Counted from the first letter of the whole stretch, positions 1-10,412 are shown. The stretch is 61,001 nucleotides of DNA, filler included, from 4 parts of 4 records of this genome joined end to end with filler, not necessarily neighbours in it, one strand, 5' to 3'. Notes: a model not told the origin generated them from the sequence alone. Numbers and translations are program-made.

Positions 1-1
1 G

Positions 2-1660
2 CGCGAGCGCGGCATCACCATCAAGGCCCAAACCGTTCGGCTGCATTACATTGCCAATGACGGCGAAACCTATGCGCTGAATCTGATCGACACACCTGGT
101 CATGTCGACTTTGCCTACGAGGTTTCCCGCTCGCTTTCGGCCTGTGAGGGCTCACTTCTGGTGGTTGACGCCTCCCAGGGTGTTGAAGCCCAGACACTCG
201 CCAACGTCTATCAGGCCATCGACAACGACCATGAACTGGTCACGGTTCTCAACAAGGCCGATCTGCCCGCCGCCGATCCCGAACGCGTCAAGGAACAGAT
301 CGAAGATGTGATCGGCATTGATGCATCTGATGCACTGCTGATCTCGGCCAAAACCGGCATGGGCGTGCCGGATGTTCTGGAAGCCATCGTCAAGCGCCTG
401 CCGCCACCGAAAACGGAAAAAGGCGCGGACGCACCGCTGAAGGCACTTCTGGTCGACAGCTGGTACGACACCTATCTCGGCGTAATGGTCCTGGTGCGCG
501 TCATCGACGGCGTGCTGAAAAAGGGCCAGACCATCCGCATGATGGGTACGGATGCGAAGTACCCGGTTGATCGCGTCGGCGTTTTGACGCCAAAGCTACT
601 CGTGGTGGATGAACTCGGCCCCGGCGAGATCGGCGTCATCACCGCTTCGATCAAGGAAGTGGCCGACACCCGCGTTGGTGATACGATCACAGAAGACAAA
701 CGCCCGACGGAAAACATGCTGCCCGGCTTCAAGCCGGCACAGCCTGTTGTTTTCTGCGGCCTGTTTCCGGTCGATGCCAATGATTTCGAAGACCTGCGCG
801 CCGCCGTCGGCAAGCTCAGGCTCAACGACGCATCGTTTTCATACGAGATGGAAAGCTCGGCAGCCCTTGGTTTCGGTTTCCGCTGCGGCTTCCTCGGTCT
901 TCTGCATCTGGAAATCATTCAGGAACGTCTTGAGCGCGAGTTTAACCTCGATCTGATCGCCACAGCGCCATCTGTTGTCTATGAAATGACAATGACGGAC
1001 GGCTCCGAAATCGAGCTTCACAACCCCGCAGATATGCCAGAGGTCGTGAAAATCGCCGAAATCCGCGAACCGTGGATCAAGGCCAATATTCTGACACCGG
1101 ACGACCATCTCGGCAGTATCCTGAAGCTGTGCCAGGACAGGCGCGGCGTCCAAACCGACCTGACCTATGTCGGCAACCGGGCGATGCTGACCTATGAGTT
1201 GCCGCTCAATGAAGTTGTATTTGATTTTTACGACCGTCTGAAATCAATCTCGAAGGGCTATGCCTCGTTCGATTACCAGCTTGACGGCTACCGGGCCGGC
1301 AATCTGGTGAGAATGTCGATCCTCGTCAATGGCGAGCCGGTTGACGCGCTTTCCATGCTGGTCCACCGAACGGCTGCGGAAAAGCGTGGCCGTGACATGT
1401 GTGAAAAGCTGAAGGATCTCATTCCGAAGCACATGTTTAAAATCCCGATTCAGGCTGCCATCGGCGGCACAGTGATCGCGCGCGAAACAATCTCGGCGCT
1501 GCGAAAAGATGTGACGGCGAAGTGTTATGGTGGCGACGCCAGCCGCAAGCGCAAGCTTCTGGACAAGCAGAAAGCTGGCAAGAAGCGTATGCGCCAGTTT
1601 GGTAAGGTGGAGATCCCACAGGAAGCTTTCATCGCCGCCTTGAAGATGAGTGACGAATAA
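2..1660 (+). CDS. lepA: Elongation factor 4 (LepA), 5'-truncated
   Basis: Frame is open from the window edge ([12 protein letters not shown]...[12 protein letters not shown]). Contains [15 protein letters not shown] and C-terminal [14 protein letters not shown] motifs. Confidence 0.97.
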   Translation, partial: RERGITIKAQTVRLHYIANDGETYALNLIDTPGHVDFAYEVSRSLSACEGSLLVVDASQGVEAQTLANVYQAIDNDHELVTVLNKADLPAADPERVKEQIEDVIGIDASDALLISAKTGMGVPDVLEAIVKRLPPPKTEKGADAPLKALLVDSWYDTYLGVMVLVRVIDGVLKKGQTIRMMGTDAKYPVDRVGVLTPKLLVVDELGPGEIGVITASIKEVADTRVGDTITEDKRPTENMLPGFKPAQPVVFCGLFPVDANDFEDLRAAVGKLRLNDASFSYEMESSAALGFGFRCGFLGLLHLEIIQERLEREFNLDLIATAPSVVYEMTMTDGSEIELHNPADMPEVVKIAEIREPWIKANILTPDDHLGSILKLCQDRRGVQTDLTYVGNRAMLTYELPLNEVVFDFYDRLKSISKGYASFDYQLDGYRAGNLVRMSILVNGEPVDALSMLVHRTAAEKRGRDMCEKLKDLIPKHMFKIPIQAAIGGTVIARETISALRKDVTAKCYGGDASRKRKLLDKQKAGKKRMRQFGKVEIPQEAFIAALKMSDE

Positions 1661-1680
1661 AGACGCTGAAATTGCATATG

Positions 1681-1718
1681 AAAAAGCCGCCGCGCCGATC
1701 AGACGCGGCGGCTTTTTT
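1681..1718. terminator. Bidirectional intrinsic terminator between lepA and yceI
   Basis: AAAAAGCCGCCGCG...CGCGGCGGCTTTTTT hairpin with A and T tails between convergent genes. Confidence 0.85.
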
Positions 1719-1737
1719 GTTGACTTAAGAACCCTGT

Positions 1738-2298
1738 CTATCGAGTCGCCGTCAGGTCGAGTTTTACAGTCACGGTCTCGCCAACAGTATCGGCATTGAC
1801 CGCAGAGCCAAGCGTGTAGTCCTTGCGTTTCAGCGTAGCCGTGCCCACGGCATGGGCCGTATCGCCTTCAATATCCAGTGTGAACTCCAGCTCGGTGGGT
1901 AGTGTCACGGACTTGATGGTCAAAACGCCGTCAGCCTTGTAGCGATTGCCCTCAATATGCATGACGTTGTCGGAAGTAAAATCGGCGGTAGGAAACTCGT
2001 TGGCATCAAACCAGTCGGCCGACGGCAACATGCCATCAAACTGCTTGTTTCCGGTTGCGGCACTGCCGGTTTCAATCTCGGCAGCGATCAATGCGTCCTG
2101 AGGCGCATCAACATCGAAATCAATGGATGCATTCCAGTTTTCAAATTCGCCGGTCAATGTCTTGCCGCCCTGTGGCACTTCAAAGCCAAGACTGCTGTTG
2201 TCGTAATCGACAGTCCAGGTTTCAGCCATGGCCGCCGGTACGGCAAAAGGAATGGCAAGCGCGAGGGCCGCTGCGAAAAACATTGGTTTAAGCTGCAT
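1738..2298 (-). CDS. YceI-family periplasmic lipid/polyisoprenoid-binding protein
   Basis: Signal peptide, then W.VD...S.LGF, G.F..W.A.I.FD, WFD...FPTA.F.S and G.LTIK motifs. Confidence 0.88.
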   Translation of the reverse strand: MQLKPMFFAAALALAIPFAVPAAMAETWTVDYDNSSLGFEVPQGGKTLTGEFENWNASIDFDVDAPQDALIAAEIETGSAATGNKQFDGMLPSADWFDANEFPTADFTSDNVMHIEGNRYKADGVLTIKSVTLPTELEFTLDIEGDTAHAVGTATLKRKDYTLGSAVNADTVGETVTVKLDLTATR

Positions 2299-2322
2299 TT
2301 TTGTCTCCGGAGTATTCTGTTG

Positions 2323-2904
2323 TCAGTCAACGTGCTGAACGCGCACGGAAACCATACGTTTAAGGGTCTCATCGCGACTGATAAAATGATGTTTCAGCGC
2401 GGCGGCAATATGCCCGACAATCAGGGCGATCAGAAAATAGGCACCATATTCATGAACGATCTTCAACAGGCTTTCAGCCGACGCCTTGTCTCCCAAAAAA
2501 CCGGGCACCGGCAAATGCGGCATTTCAAACAGATTGAAAACAATTGTCGGAATACCCCATGGCGAGGCAGAAACCATGAGCCACCCGGAAAGCGGAAGAA
2601 TGAACATCATGGCGTAAAGCCCGGTATGTCCGAGATGAGCAATACCCTTCTCCCACGAAGGCATATGGGCAGGCAGTTTGGGCGAGGGGTTAACCGAACG
2701 CCACACAATGCGAAGCATAGCCAGAAGCAGCACGACAAAGCCGATTGACTTGTGAAGCTGAAACAAGGCGAATGTCTGCGGATCTGATTGCGGCAGGCCG
2801 GTCATATAGATGCCCAGCGCCAGCATACCGATAATCAGCAGCGCCATCGTCCAGTGAAACAGGATGGCGAGAGAGCCATAGCCACGTGATGTATTTTTGA
2901 TCAT
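2323..2904 (-). CDS. Cytochrome b561 (YceJ/CybB-like)
   Basis: Four TM helices with haem-ligating His residues (FHW, LHKSIG, VHEYG, GHIAAALKHH); lies between two yceI genes. Confidence 0.9.
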   Translation of the reverse strand: MIKNTSRGYGSLAILFHWTMALLIIGMLALGIYMTGLPQSDPQTFALFQLHKSIGFVVLLLAMLRIVWRSVNPSPKLPAHMPSWEKGIAHLGHTGLYAMMFILPLSGWLMVSASPWGIPTIVFNLFEMPHLPVPGFLGDKASAESLLKIVHEYGAYFLIALIVGHIAAALKHHFISRDETLKRMVSVRVQHVD

Positions 2905-2959
2905 GGATATCCCCGAAGGTCAAAAGCGGAACCGGCCAACCCGGCCCCGCCTGACAGGA

Positions 2960-3535
2960 TTATTCGGCGATCATCGCTTCGCCGGAGAAAACAACGTCAA
3001 CTTCATCGCTGATGTAGGGAACATACATGTCCATGCCATAGTCAGAACGCTTGATGACAGTCGAAACATTGAAACCAGCTGCCTGCTTTTCAGCCATTGG
3101 GTGTTCACCGAACGCCATGATACTGACGTCCAGAACCGCAGGCTTGGTGATATCCTTGATGGTCAGGTCGCCGGTGACTTCCAGAAGGTCTTCAGAGACC
3201 TGCTCAACACTGGTGCTCTTGAAGGAAATCTCCGGATACTCGCCAACCTCAAAGAAATCAGCACTCTTGAAATGCTCGTCGCGAGCTTCCCAGAATGTAT
3301 CAAGGCTGTTGGCATCAATGACAAACTCAACGGACGACGCGGCAGGATCGTCAGCGTCGATCATCAGCGTGGCATCCCAATCCCCGAAGCGGCCATCGGT
3401 GATGGAATAGCCAAGGTGATTGTAGCTGAATGATAGGTTGCTGTGCGACTTGTCAAAGTTGTACTGGACCGGCTCGGCAAAAGCCGGAGCGGCTGCCAGA
3501 GACAAAACAATAGCCGTGGTAGCAAAACGGATCAT
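2960..3535 (-). CDS. YceI-family protein
   Basis: Start moved to ATG 3535 (GAGAGG RBS, signal peptide). Motifs DKSHS...F.YNHLGYS, RDEHFKSADFF, GDLTIKDITKP, IKRSDYGM. Confidence 0.9.
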   Translation of the reverse strand: MIRFATTAIVLSLAAAPAFAEPVQYNFDKSHSNLSFSYNHLGYSITDGRFGDWDATLMIDADDPAASSVEFVIDANSLDTFWEARDEHFKSADFFEVGEYPEISFKSTSVEQVSEDLLEVTGDLTIKDITKPAVLDVSIMAFGEHPMAEKQAAGFNVSTVIKRSDYGMDMYVPYISDEVDVVFSGEAMIAE

Positions 3536-3715
3536 AAATAAAACCTCTCGCTGATGCGATTTCAAAACCAGCCGATCACGATTGACCGGCACGCCCCAAC
3601 AGCTACGGCTTTTTTTTCCATAATCAATCCGGCAGACGGTGAACGAATTGTTCAACAATCATCAAATGCCGACCATCAAGGGTCTGCATTGCCCATGATA
3701 AAGAAAACGTGATCC

Positions 3716-4219
3716 TCATTTTACCGCTTCATGGCGCGCGCTTTTCAGTGCTTTGAAGCGTTCAGCATATTCACGCCGCAGATCATGACGCATTTTCGCC
3801 TCTTCATAGCGGCGTTTCTTATCCTCCGACGAGAGATCAAGCGCCGGCACGGGCGTCGGCTTGCTATGGGCATCGACGGCCACCATGGTGAAATAGCAGG
3901 AGTTTGTGTGCCGCCGCGCACCGGTCCTGACCTCCTCGGCCTCGACGCGCACGCCGATTTCCATAGAGGTGCGCCCGGTATAGTTCACCGAGGCACGGAA
4001 CGTTACAAGCTCACCGACGTTGATCGGCTCTTTGAACGTCACCTGATCCACGGAGAGCGTAACGGCATATTCCTGCGAAAAACGAGCCGCACATGAATAG
4101 GCAACGCGATCCAGCAGGTTCAAAAGCGCACCACCATGCACCTTGCCGGAAAAGTTCGCCATATCCGGCGTCATGAGCACCACCATTTCAAGCTGGCTCG
4201 GGTCGTGGGCACGGTCCAT
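3716..4219 (-). CDS. Acyl-CoA thioesterase (YciA-like hotdog fold)
   Basis: ANFSGKVHGGALL..LD, F.EPI.VGELV, TGRTSMEIGV and YFTMVAVD motifs. Confidence 0.9.
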   Translation of the reverse strand: MDRAHDPSQLEMVVLMTPDMANFSGKVHGGALLNLLDRVAYSCAARFSQEYAVTLSVDQVTFKEPINVGELVTFRASVNYTGRTSMEIGVRVEAEEVRTGARRHTNSCYFTMVAVDAHSKPTPVPALDLSSEDKKRRYEEAKMRHDLRREYAERFKALKSARHEAVK

Positions 4220-4416
4220 GTGTCAGATCCTGTCCTTGGGCCTTACTGTCAGATGAACGCGAGTCTTGCCTGAATTTCCGCAGCGATCAACATCAAAACG
4301 CCTTTGCCCCCAGGCGCATGTCTTCGCTTCAGACGTCCTTTGGTGTCGTCATAACAATCTGCAGAAGTCTGTGTTAGGCTGACCTTGACGACGGAATGCC
4401 AGTATGAGGAGGCCCC

Positions 4417-6069
4417 ATGACGCAGCGTGCAGTTAAACTTCTGGTCGAGTGCCTGGAAAATGAAGGCGTTGAATATGTCTTCGGGATTCCGGGGGAAGAA
4501 AACATTCGGCTGGTTGATGCTCTCGACGATTCGTCCATTCACTTCATTCTTACGCGCTCCGAACAGGGCGCCTCCTTCATGGCTGACATGTATGGCCGCG
4601 TTACAGGTCGCGCCGGTGTGTGCACTGCCACGCTTGGCCCCGGCGCGATCAATCTTCTTCTCGGCGTTGCCGACGCACATTGTGATTCCACTCCGCTCGT
4701 CGCCATCACCGCGCAGGTGGGGCTGAACCGGATCTACAAGGAAACCCACCAGTTTGTTGACCTGGAAGCCATGTTCCGGCCCGTAACCAAATGGACGAAA
4801 ACGGCGCTGACCCCGGAAGCCCTGCCGGAGATGGTGCGTGCTGCCTTCAAGGCGGCAGAAACCGAACGTCCCGGAGCCGCCTGGCTCGGCATCCCCGAAG
4901 ACGTTGAGGCCATGGATGTGGCTGCAAAGATGGTGCCGTTGCCAAAGAATCGTGTACGCGCCGAAGCGCCCTCACCGGACCAGATCGCACGGGCGGCAGA
5001 AGCCTTGAAATCCGCGGAACGTCCAATCCTTCTGGCCGGGCATGGCGCGGCGCGCGCAGGCGCCCAGCAGGCACTGGTCCGTTTTGCAGAAAAGCTCGGC
5101 ATTCCGGTGGCAACAACATTCCATGGCAAGGGCGTGATACCGGATGACCATCCCAACGCGCTGGGAACAACCGGATTCATGGTTCATGACTACACGAATT
5201 TCGGCTTTGATCGATCCGATCTGATCTTGAGCGTCGGCTTCGAGCTGCAGGAAATCGCACCACGGAAGCTGAACCCTGATGCAGACAAGAAGATCATTCA
5301 CATCCACCGCTTTCCGGCTGAGGTCGACACCCATTACAGCCTGACAGTTGGCATTGAAGGCGATATTTCACGATCGCTGGACGCTCTGGCTGAAGCGGTC
5401 GACAAAAACTATGCTCCGAACTGGCCACGCAGCGCGGAAATTCGCTCTATGATCGACCGCGAGCTTTCCGAAGGGGCGGAAAACACTGCCTTTCCGGTGA
5501 AACCGCAGCGCATCGTCAGCGATATTCGCAAGGCCATGGGGCGTGAAGATGTTGTACTGGCCGATACCGGTGCAATCAAAATGTGGATGGCCCGACTTTA
5601 CCCGACCTACGCCGCCAATACCTGCCTGATCTCCAACGGACTGGCGACGATGGCCTTTGCGCTTCCCGGTGCCATCGGCGTCAAACTGGCAGAACCTGAG
5701 CGCAAGGTGCTGGCCGTGATGGGTGACGGCAGTTTCATGATGAATTCGCAGGAACTGGAAACAGCCGTCAGGATCGGCACACCAATGGTCGTTCTCATCT
5801 GGGAAGACAACAGCTACGGGCTGATCAAGTGGAAGATGGAGCTTGAAATCAAGCGCCATAAGCATGTCGACTTTAACAATCCGGATTTTGTCGCCTACGC
5901 CCAGAGCTTTGGCGCCAAAGGCTACCGCATTGAAAAGGCAGAAGATCTTCTTCCCACGCTGGAAAAAGCCCTTTCCGAGGACGGCGTTTCAGTGATCACC
6001 TGCCCGGTCGACTATAGTGAGAACACCAAGCTGACCGATCGTCTTGGCGAACTGACGGAGGCGCTATAA
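4417..6069 (+). CDS. TPP-dependent enzyme, acetolactate-synthase-large-subunit family (2-oxoacid decarboxylase-like subfamily)
   Basis: FGIPGEEN, catalytic Glu in TRSEQGA, TLGPGAINL and GDG...N TPP-binding motif. GAGGAGG RBS. No ilvH small subunit nearby. Confidence 0.88.
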   Translation: MTQRAVKLLVECLENEGVEYVFGIPGEENIRLVDALDDSSIHFILTRSEQGASFMADMYGRVTGRAGVCTATLGPGAINLLLGVADAHCDSTPLVAITAQVGLNRIYKETHQFVDLEAMFRPVTKWTKTALTPEALPEMVRAAFKAAETERPGAAWLGIPEDVEAMDVAAKMVPLPKNRVRAEAPSPDQIARAAEALKSAERPILLAGHGAARAGAQQALVRFAEKLGIPVATTFHGKGVIPDDHPNALGTTGFMVHDYTNFGFDRSDLILSVGFELQEIAPRKLNPDADKKIIHIHRFPAEVDTHYSLTVGIEGDISRSLDALAEAVDKNYAPNWPRSAEIRSMIDRELSEGAENTAFPVKPQRIVSDIRKAMGREDVVLADTGAIKMWMARLYPTYAANTCLISNGLATMAFALPGAIGVKLAEPERKVLAVMGDGSFMMNSQELETAVRIGTPMVVLIWEDNSYGLIKWKMELEIKRHKHVDFNNPDFVAYAQSFGAKGYRIEKAEDLLPTLEKALSEDGVSVITCPVDYSENTKLTDRLGELTEAL

Positions 6070-6097
6070 GCGCCTCCGTTTCATAGGCAAATTACTT

Positions 6098-6949
6098 TCA
6101 ACCTTCCATATCACCACGCGCCATATGCACGGCATGATGATAGCGGCGGTAGACCTCATCTATATCGACCGTCGGCGTTGGCGTCGTGATATTCATGCTC
6201 TTGAGTGTTTCCAGAATGATATTGGCTGCGGCAAGATTGCGGAACCATTTACGGTTGGCAGGCAGGACATACCACGGCGCATGCTCGGTTGAGCACTGTG
6301 AAAGCATTGCTTCATAAGCTTCAATATAGGCGTCCCAGTGCTCACGCTCGGCATAGTCAGAGGCAGAAATTTTCCACTGGCGCTCTTTGTCCTGCAATCG
6401 TTTTTCAAACCGCTCCAGCTGTTCGTCCTTTGAAATATAAAGGAAGAACTTGACGATACCGACGCCGTTTTCAGACAAAAACTCCTCGAAGTGATTGATC
6501 TGCCGGTAACGACGGGACCAGACCTTCTCCGGCACGAGATCATGAACACGGGCGACCAGTACATCTTCATAATGAGACCGGTTGAAAACGGCGACCTGCC
6601 CCAACGCCGGTGTGCGCTGATGCACCCGCCATAAGAAGTCATGCTGCTTTTCAACCTCGGTTGGCTGTTTAAAGCTTGCGACATAAGTGCCTTGAGGGTT
6701 CATAGCGCGAATAACGTGCCAGCAGACACCATCCTTTCCGGCAGCATCAATACCCTGCAGAACAATCAGAAGCGCATGTTTCTTCTCAGCATAAAGCTTT
6801 TCCTGAAGAGGTGTGATCTGTTCAAGCAACTCCTCCAGCTCGGCTTTGCCAGCCTGTTTGCTTTCAATCGGGCCGTGAAAATCCGGTTCAATGTCACTCA
6901 GCCTGACATCAGAACCCGGCTTGATCATCAGTTTCTTTCGATAGTCCAT
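6098..6949 (-). CDS. ppk2: Polyphosphate kinase 2, class III type
   Basis: Walker A QGIDAAGKDG, FNRSHYEDVL (Glu typical of class III), WKISASD, PWYVLPANRKW. Start set at ATG 6949 after an AGGAGG RBS. Confidence 0.9.
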   Translation of the reverse strand: MDYRKKLMIKPGSDVRLSDIEPDFHGPIESKQAGKAELEELLEQITPLQEKLYAEKKHALLIVLQGIDAAGKDGVCWHVIRAMNPQGTYVASFKQPTEVEKQHDFLWRVHQRTPALGQVAVFNRSHYEDVLVARVHDLVPEKVWSRRYRQINHFEEFLSENGVGIVKFFLYISKDEQLERFEKRLQDKERQWKISASDYAEREHWDAYIEAYEAMLSQCSTEHAPWYVLPANRKWFRNLAAANIILETLKSMNITTPTPTVDIDEVYRRYHHAVHMARGDMEG

Positions 6950-7076
6950 TCCACGCACCTCCTGAACCGCCGTAAAGCGCACACCACAAGTGTGAAGGGC
7001 CTGTCGGGCCGCTTCACATCTCACAACGTTACATCACATGGCGGGGCATTCAATGCAGTTGTTGACTGAATCACTT

Positions 7077-9626
7077 TCAGCCATTCAGCCTGGTGTTAAT
7101 CACATCGATAGACATGGCACGGCGTGCGCTTCGATTTTCAATGACCTGGTCAATCGCGATTCTGACGACGCCCATCACGAACAGCCAGGCGATCAGATAG
7201 ATCCAGACCAGGCCGATCAGTTTCCATGAAATCTGAGGAACCAGAATTCCAAAGCCGCACATAAGCACCGCGACGAGTTGTGTCAGAACAATTGCGATGA
7301 CGAGCGGCGGTGCTGGATATGGCTTTTTCATGAACCAGTTTTCCTTCCGGCTCACAAGCATCAAAAGATGACCGCCTGCCACAAGCTGTAGAAACATCAT
7401 GGACTGCAAATGGGCATGGTCCGTCAGCCCCAGACCAGCCCGGCGAACCGTGTCCGACATAACCTCCATGCCCATCAGAAGCAGACCAAAGGATTGCACG
7501 ATCGACGCAAATCCGAGCATTGCGGATACGACCAGCAATTTTGACATCCGCCACCTTACAGGAGCCTCCGAGACACTTGTATTGTCATAAGCAACCGTCA
7601 TGATCGGAATGTCGTCCAGAAGCGACATCATGACGATCATGATCGGTGTCAGCGGCTGAAAACCAAGGAAAATGGTCGACAGAACGACAAGGAACATAAT
7701 GTCCATTGTCAGTGCGACGCGATACAATGTGTAGCTGGTGATACGACCGAATATCTGACGGGATTGGTCAATAGCATTCTGTATCACAGAAAGGCCGGGA
7801 GCCGTCAAAATCAATGCAGCCGCACCGCGCGCCGCGTCTGTGGCCCCGGAAACAGCAATACCGCAATCGGCCTGTTTCAGAGCAGGAGCATCATTCACAC
7901 CATCACCGGTCATGGCCACGAGGTGCCCGTTCTTCTGAAAGGTTTTCACGATGGCATACTTGTGCTCAGGAAAAACGCGGGCGAAACCATCTGCATGAAG
8001 TATTTGTCTGGCAACAGCCCCCGGCACGTTGTCAGGATCCATATCGGATGGAAATACGTCAGCGGCAGCCAGAATGTTTGATCCAAGACCAAGCTGGCGG
8101 GCAGTTTCTTTCGCGATTGCTGTATCATCGCCGGTGATCATCCGCACAGCAATGCCCTTAGCCCTGACGTTTTCAATCGTTTCCTTTGAATCATCCCGTG
8201 GCGGATCAAACATCGGGAGGATGCCGAGAAGAGTCCAGTTCGCACCATTGTCATCCGAGCGCGCTACCGCCAGAGCCCGGTAACCTTTACCACCAAGCTC
8301 ACCAACCTTTTGATCAATCAGCGCCGAAACCGCAATGTCCGCCTTCACCAGCTCGACAATCGCATGAGGCGCGCCTTTGGAAACCAGAAAGGACCGGCCA
8401 TCCGGTCCGGTTACAGATGCCTGTGTTCGCTTGGAAACCGGATCAAAAGGAATAAACTCACCGACCTCATAAGCATCGAGAACCGATAGGGCGGGAAGTC
8501 CATTGATAACAGCGCTATCAATGGAATCAGAATCTTCTTTCCGTGCTGCAAGCGCACCAGCCAGAATGATGTCTTCCGGCTTCACGCCTCCAATCGGGAT
8601 AGGGTCGCCAAGCGTCAGAATATTTTTCGTCAGCGTACCGGTTTTGTCAGAGCAAAGAATATCAACACCAGCCATTTCATCGATCGATGAAAGCCGGGAA
8701 ACAATCGCCTTTTCCTTTGAAAGTGCAAGTGCGCCGAGCGCCATGGTAATCGAGAACACCGCTGGCATCGCCACAGGAATTGAAGCGACCAGCAACACCA
8801 GAACAAACTGTAGAATATCAAGCGCGTCGTGCAGGCCCCATGTATCAGAAATCACGATATCCGTATAAACCTGCGCGGCAACCATGATCATCGCGAGGAC
8901 AACGGCAACAACAATCAGGAAGTTGCCAATCTGGAACATCGCCTTTTGCGCCTGACTGACTGCGCCGGCACCGGCAACAAGCTGGGCGGTGCGACCAAAG
9001 AATGTCTTCATGCCAGTGGCGATGACAACAGCAGACATTTCTCCCTGTTTCACAACGCTGCCCGAATAGGCCGTGTCGCCGACTTTCTTGCTCACCGGCA
9101 GAGATTCCCCGGTCAAAGATGACTGATCGATGGACGCATAGTCCCCGTCAATCAGGCGCAAATCTGCCGGAACGATACCGCCAAGCTTGATTTTAACTAT
9201 ATCTCCGGGAACGAGCGTTGCCGCTTCTACCGTTTTTAATACACCATTTCTCAGGGCTGTGGCCTGCGGAGCAAGGGAATTTTTTAAAGCGGTGAGCGCG
9301 TTGGAGGCCTTGCTATCCTGATAGAGCTCCAACCCCACATTAAACAGCAAAAGACCTAAAATAATGGAGAAATCTCCCCAGTTCCCCAGGATCAGCGACA
9401 CAAGAGCAGCGGCTTCGATCATAAAAGCGATCGGACCGACAAAGTGCTTCAGAATTTTCGCAACGAAGTTTTTCTTTTCTTCAGGAAGTGCGTTCGGACC
9501 ATATGTCGCGAGACGCTTCTCAACCTCCCCCTGAGACAATCCTTTTTCAGGGTCGGTGCCAAGCTGCTCCAACACCGTTGCAACAGGGACTTCACCCCGC
9601 GTCTCTGAACCCGCTTTATAAGCCAT
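7077..9626 (-). CDS. Plasma-membrane-type (P3A) proton-exporting P-type ATPase
   Basis: TGES, IPVAMPAV (TM4), CSDKTGTLT, KGAP, DPPR, GDGVNDAPALK, and TM6 LLDDIPIMTVAYDN resembling Pma1/AHA. Likely start ATG 9626 after GAGGA. Confidence 0.88.
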   Translation of the reverse strand: MAYKAGSETRGEVPVATVLEQLGTDPEKGLSQGEVEKRLATYGPNALPEEKKNFVAKILKHFVGPIAFMIEAAALVSLILGNWGDFSIILGLLLFNVGLELYQDSKASNALTALKNSLAPQATALRNGVLKTVEAATLVPGDIVKIKLGGIVPADLRLIDGDYASIDQSSLTGESLPVSKKVGDTAYSGSVVKQGEMSAVVIATGMKTFFGRTAQLVAGAGAVSQAQKAMFQIGNFLIVVAVVLAMIMVAAQVYTDIVISDTWGLHDALDILQFVLVLLVASIPVAMPAVFSITMALGALALSKEKAIVSRLSSIDEMAGVDILCSDKTGTLTKNILTLGDPIPIGGVKPEDIILAGALAARKEDSDSIDSAVINGLPALSVLDAYEVGEFIPFDPVSKRTQASVTGPDGRSFLVSKGAPHAIVELVKADIAVSALIDQKVGELGGKGYRALAVARSDDNGANWTLLGILPMFDPPRDDSKETIENVRAKGIAVRMITGDDTAIAKETARQLGLGSNILAAADVFPSDMDPDNVPGAVARQILHADGFARVFPEHKYAIVKTFQKNGHLVAMTGDGVNDAPALKQADCGIAVSGATDAARGAAALILTAPGLSVIQNAIDQSRQIFGRITSYTLYRVALTMDIMFLVVLSTIFLGFQPLTPIMIVMMSLLDDIPIMTVAYDNTSVSEAPVRWRMSKLLVVSAMLGFASIVQSFGLLLMGMEVMSDTVRRAGLGLTDHAHLQSMMFLQLVAGGHLLMLVSRKENWFMKKPYPAPPLVIAIVLTQLVAVLMCGFGILVPQISWKLIGLVWIYLIAWLFVMGVVRIAIDQVIENRSARRAMSIDVINTRLNG

Positions 9627-9869
9627 AGCTTTTCCTCGAAACACGCCATAAACCGGGACGCGCTTCAGCAATGAAATAAGTTCACATGCCCCAGGCCGGA
9701 AGAATCGCATATGCAGGAGCACAAAACATCGCTCCTCCGGCATGAAAATGCACCGAAGGGTTAAACACAGAGGTTACACTACAACTTAAGCGAAAAAAGA
9801 CAGCCGTTACAAGATGGTAAATCAGCCAAAAGCAGCGACAAAGCAACGCACGATCATTAGCGTATATTG

Positions 9870-10412
9870 TCAGCGCACCTGATCAAGCAGGCGCTTGCAT
9901 TCCAGAAGATCGTAAAGCACATCCTGCAGCTGCGCACCGTCAGAACGGCCAAGGCCAGAAGCGGGGTCAAGTGAACCATCATCATTCTTGTTGCGACGGA
10001 AAAACCCCTTCGACGACGACTTTTTCGGACGCCCGACGACCTGATCATCATCAAACATGGTCGGCTCGTTGTGAGCCTCATGATGTTCGCCGCCGGAAGC
10101 ATTATCTGCTGCCGGTGTCAGAGCCTCCACAAGTTCGGCGTCTCCGCTGCCAATGGCCGTTACAAAACGGTTTCCATTGCTCCGCAGGAGTTTTTGTACA
10201 CCTTTGATCGTATACCCGTGATCATAAAGAAGATGACGGATACCTTTCAGAAGCTCGATATCTTCGGGACGATAATAACGGCGTCCCCCACCACGCTTCA
10301 TCGGCTTGACCTGCGTGAAACGGGTTTCCCAGAAACGCAGAACATGCTGAGGAAGCTCCAGCTCTTCTGCAACTTCCGAAATCGTACGAAATGCCTCAGG
10401 ACTTTTTTCCAT
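9870..10412 (-). CDS. MerR-family transcriptional regulator (ihfA-linked)
   Basis: [24 protein letters not shown]...GGRRYYRP helix-turn-helix; conserved position after ihfA. Confidence 0.9.
   Translation of the reverse strand: MEKSPEAFRTISEVAEELELPQHVLRFWETRFTQVKPMKRGGGRRYYRPEDIELLKGIRHLLYDHGYTIKGVQKLLRSNGNRFVTAIGSGDAELVEALTPAADNASGGEHHEAHNEPTMFDDDQVVGRPKKSSSKGFFRRNKNDDGSLDPASGLGRSDGAQLQDVLYDLLECKRLLDQVR

Noticed and set aside
9744..9869. tRNA or att site bounding the ATPase/PPK2 block
   Set aside because: No cloverleaf, direct repeat or integrase was seen, so island status rests only on gene content.
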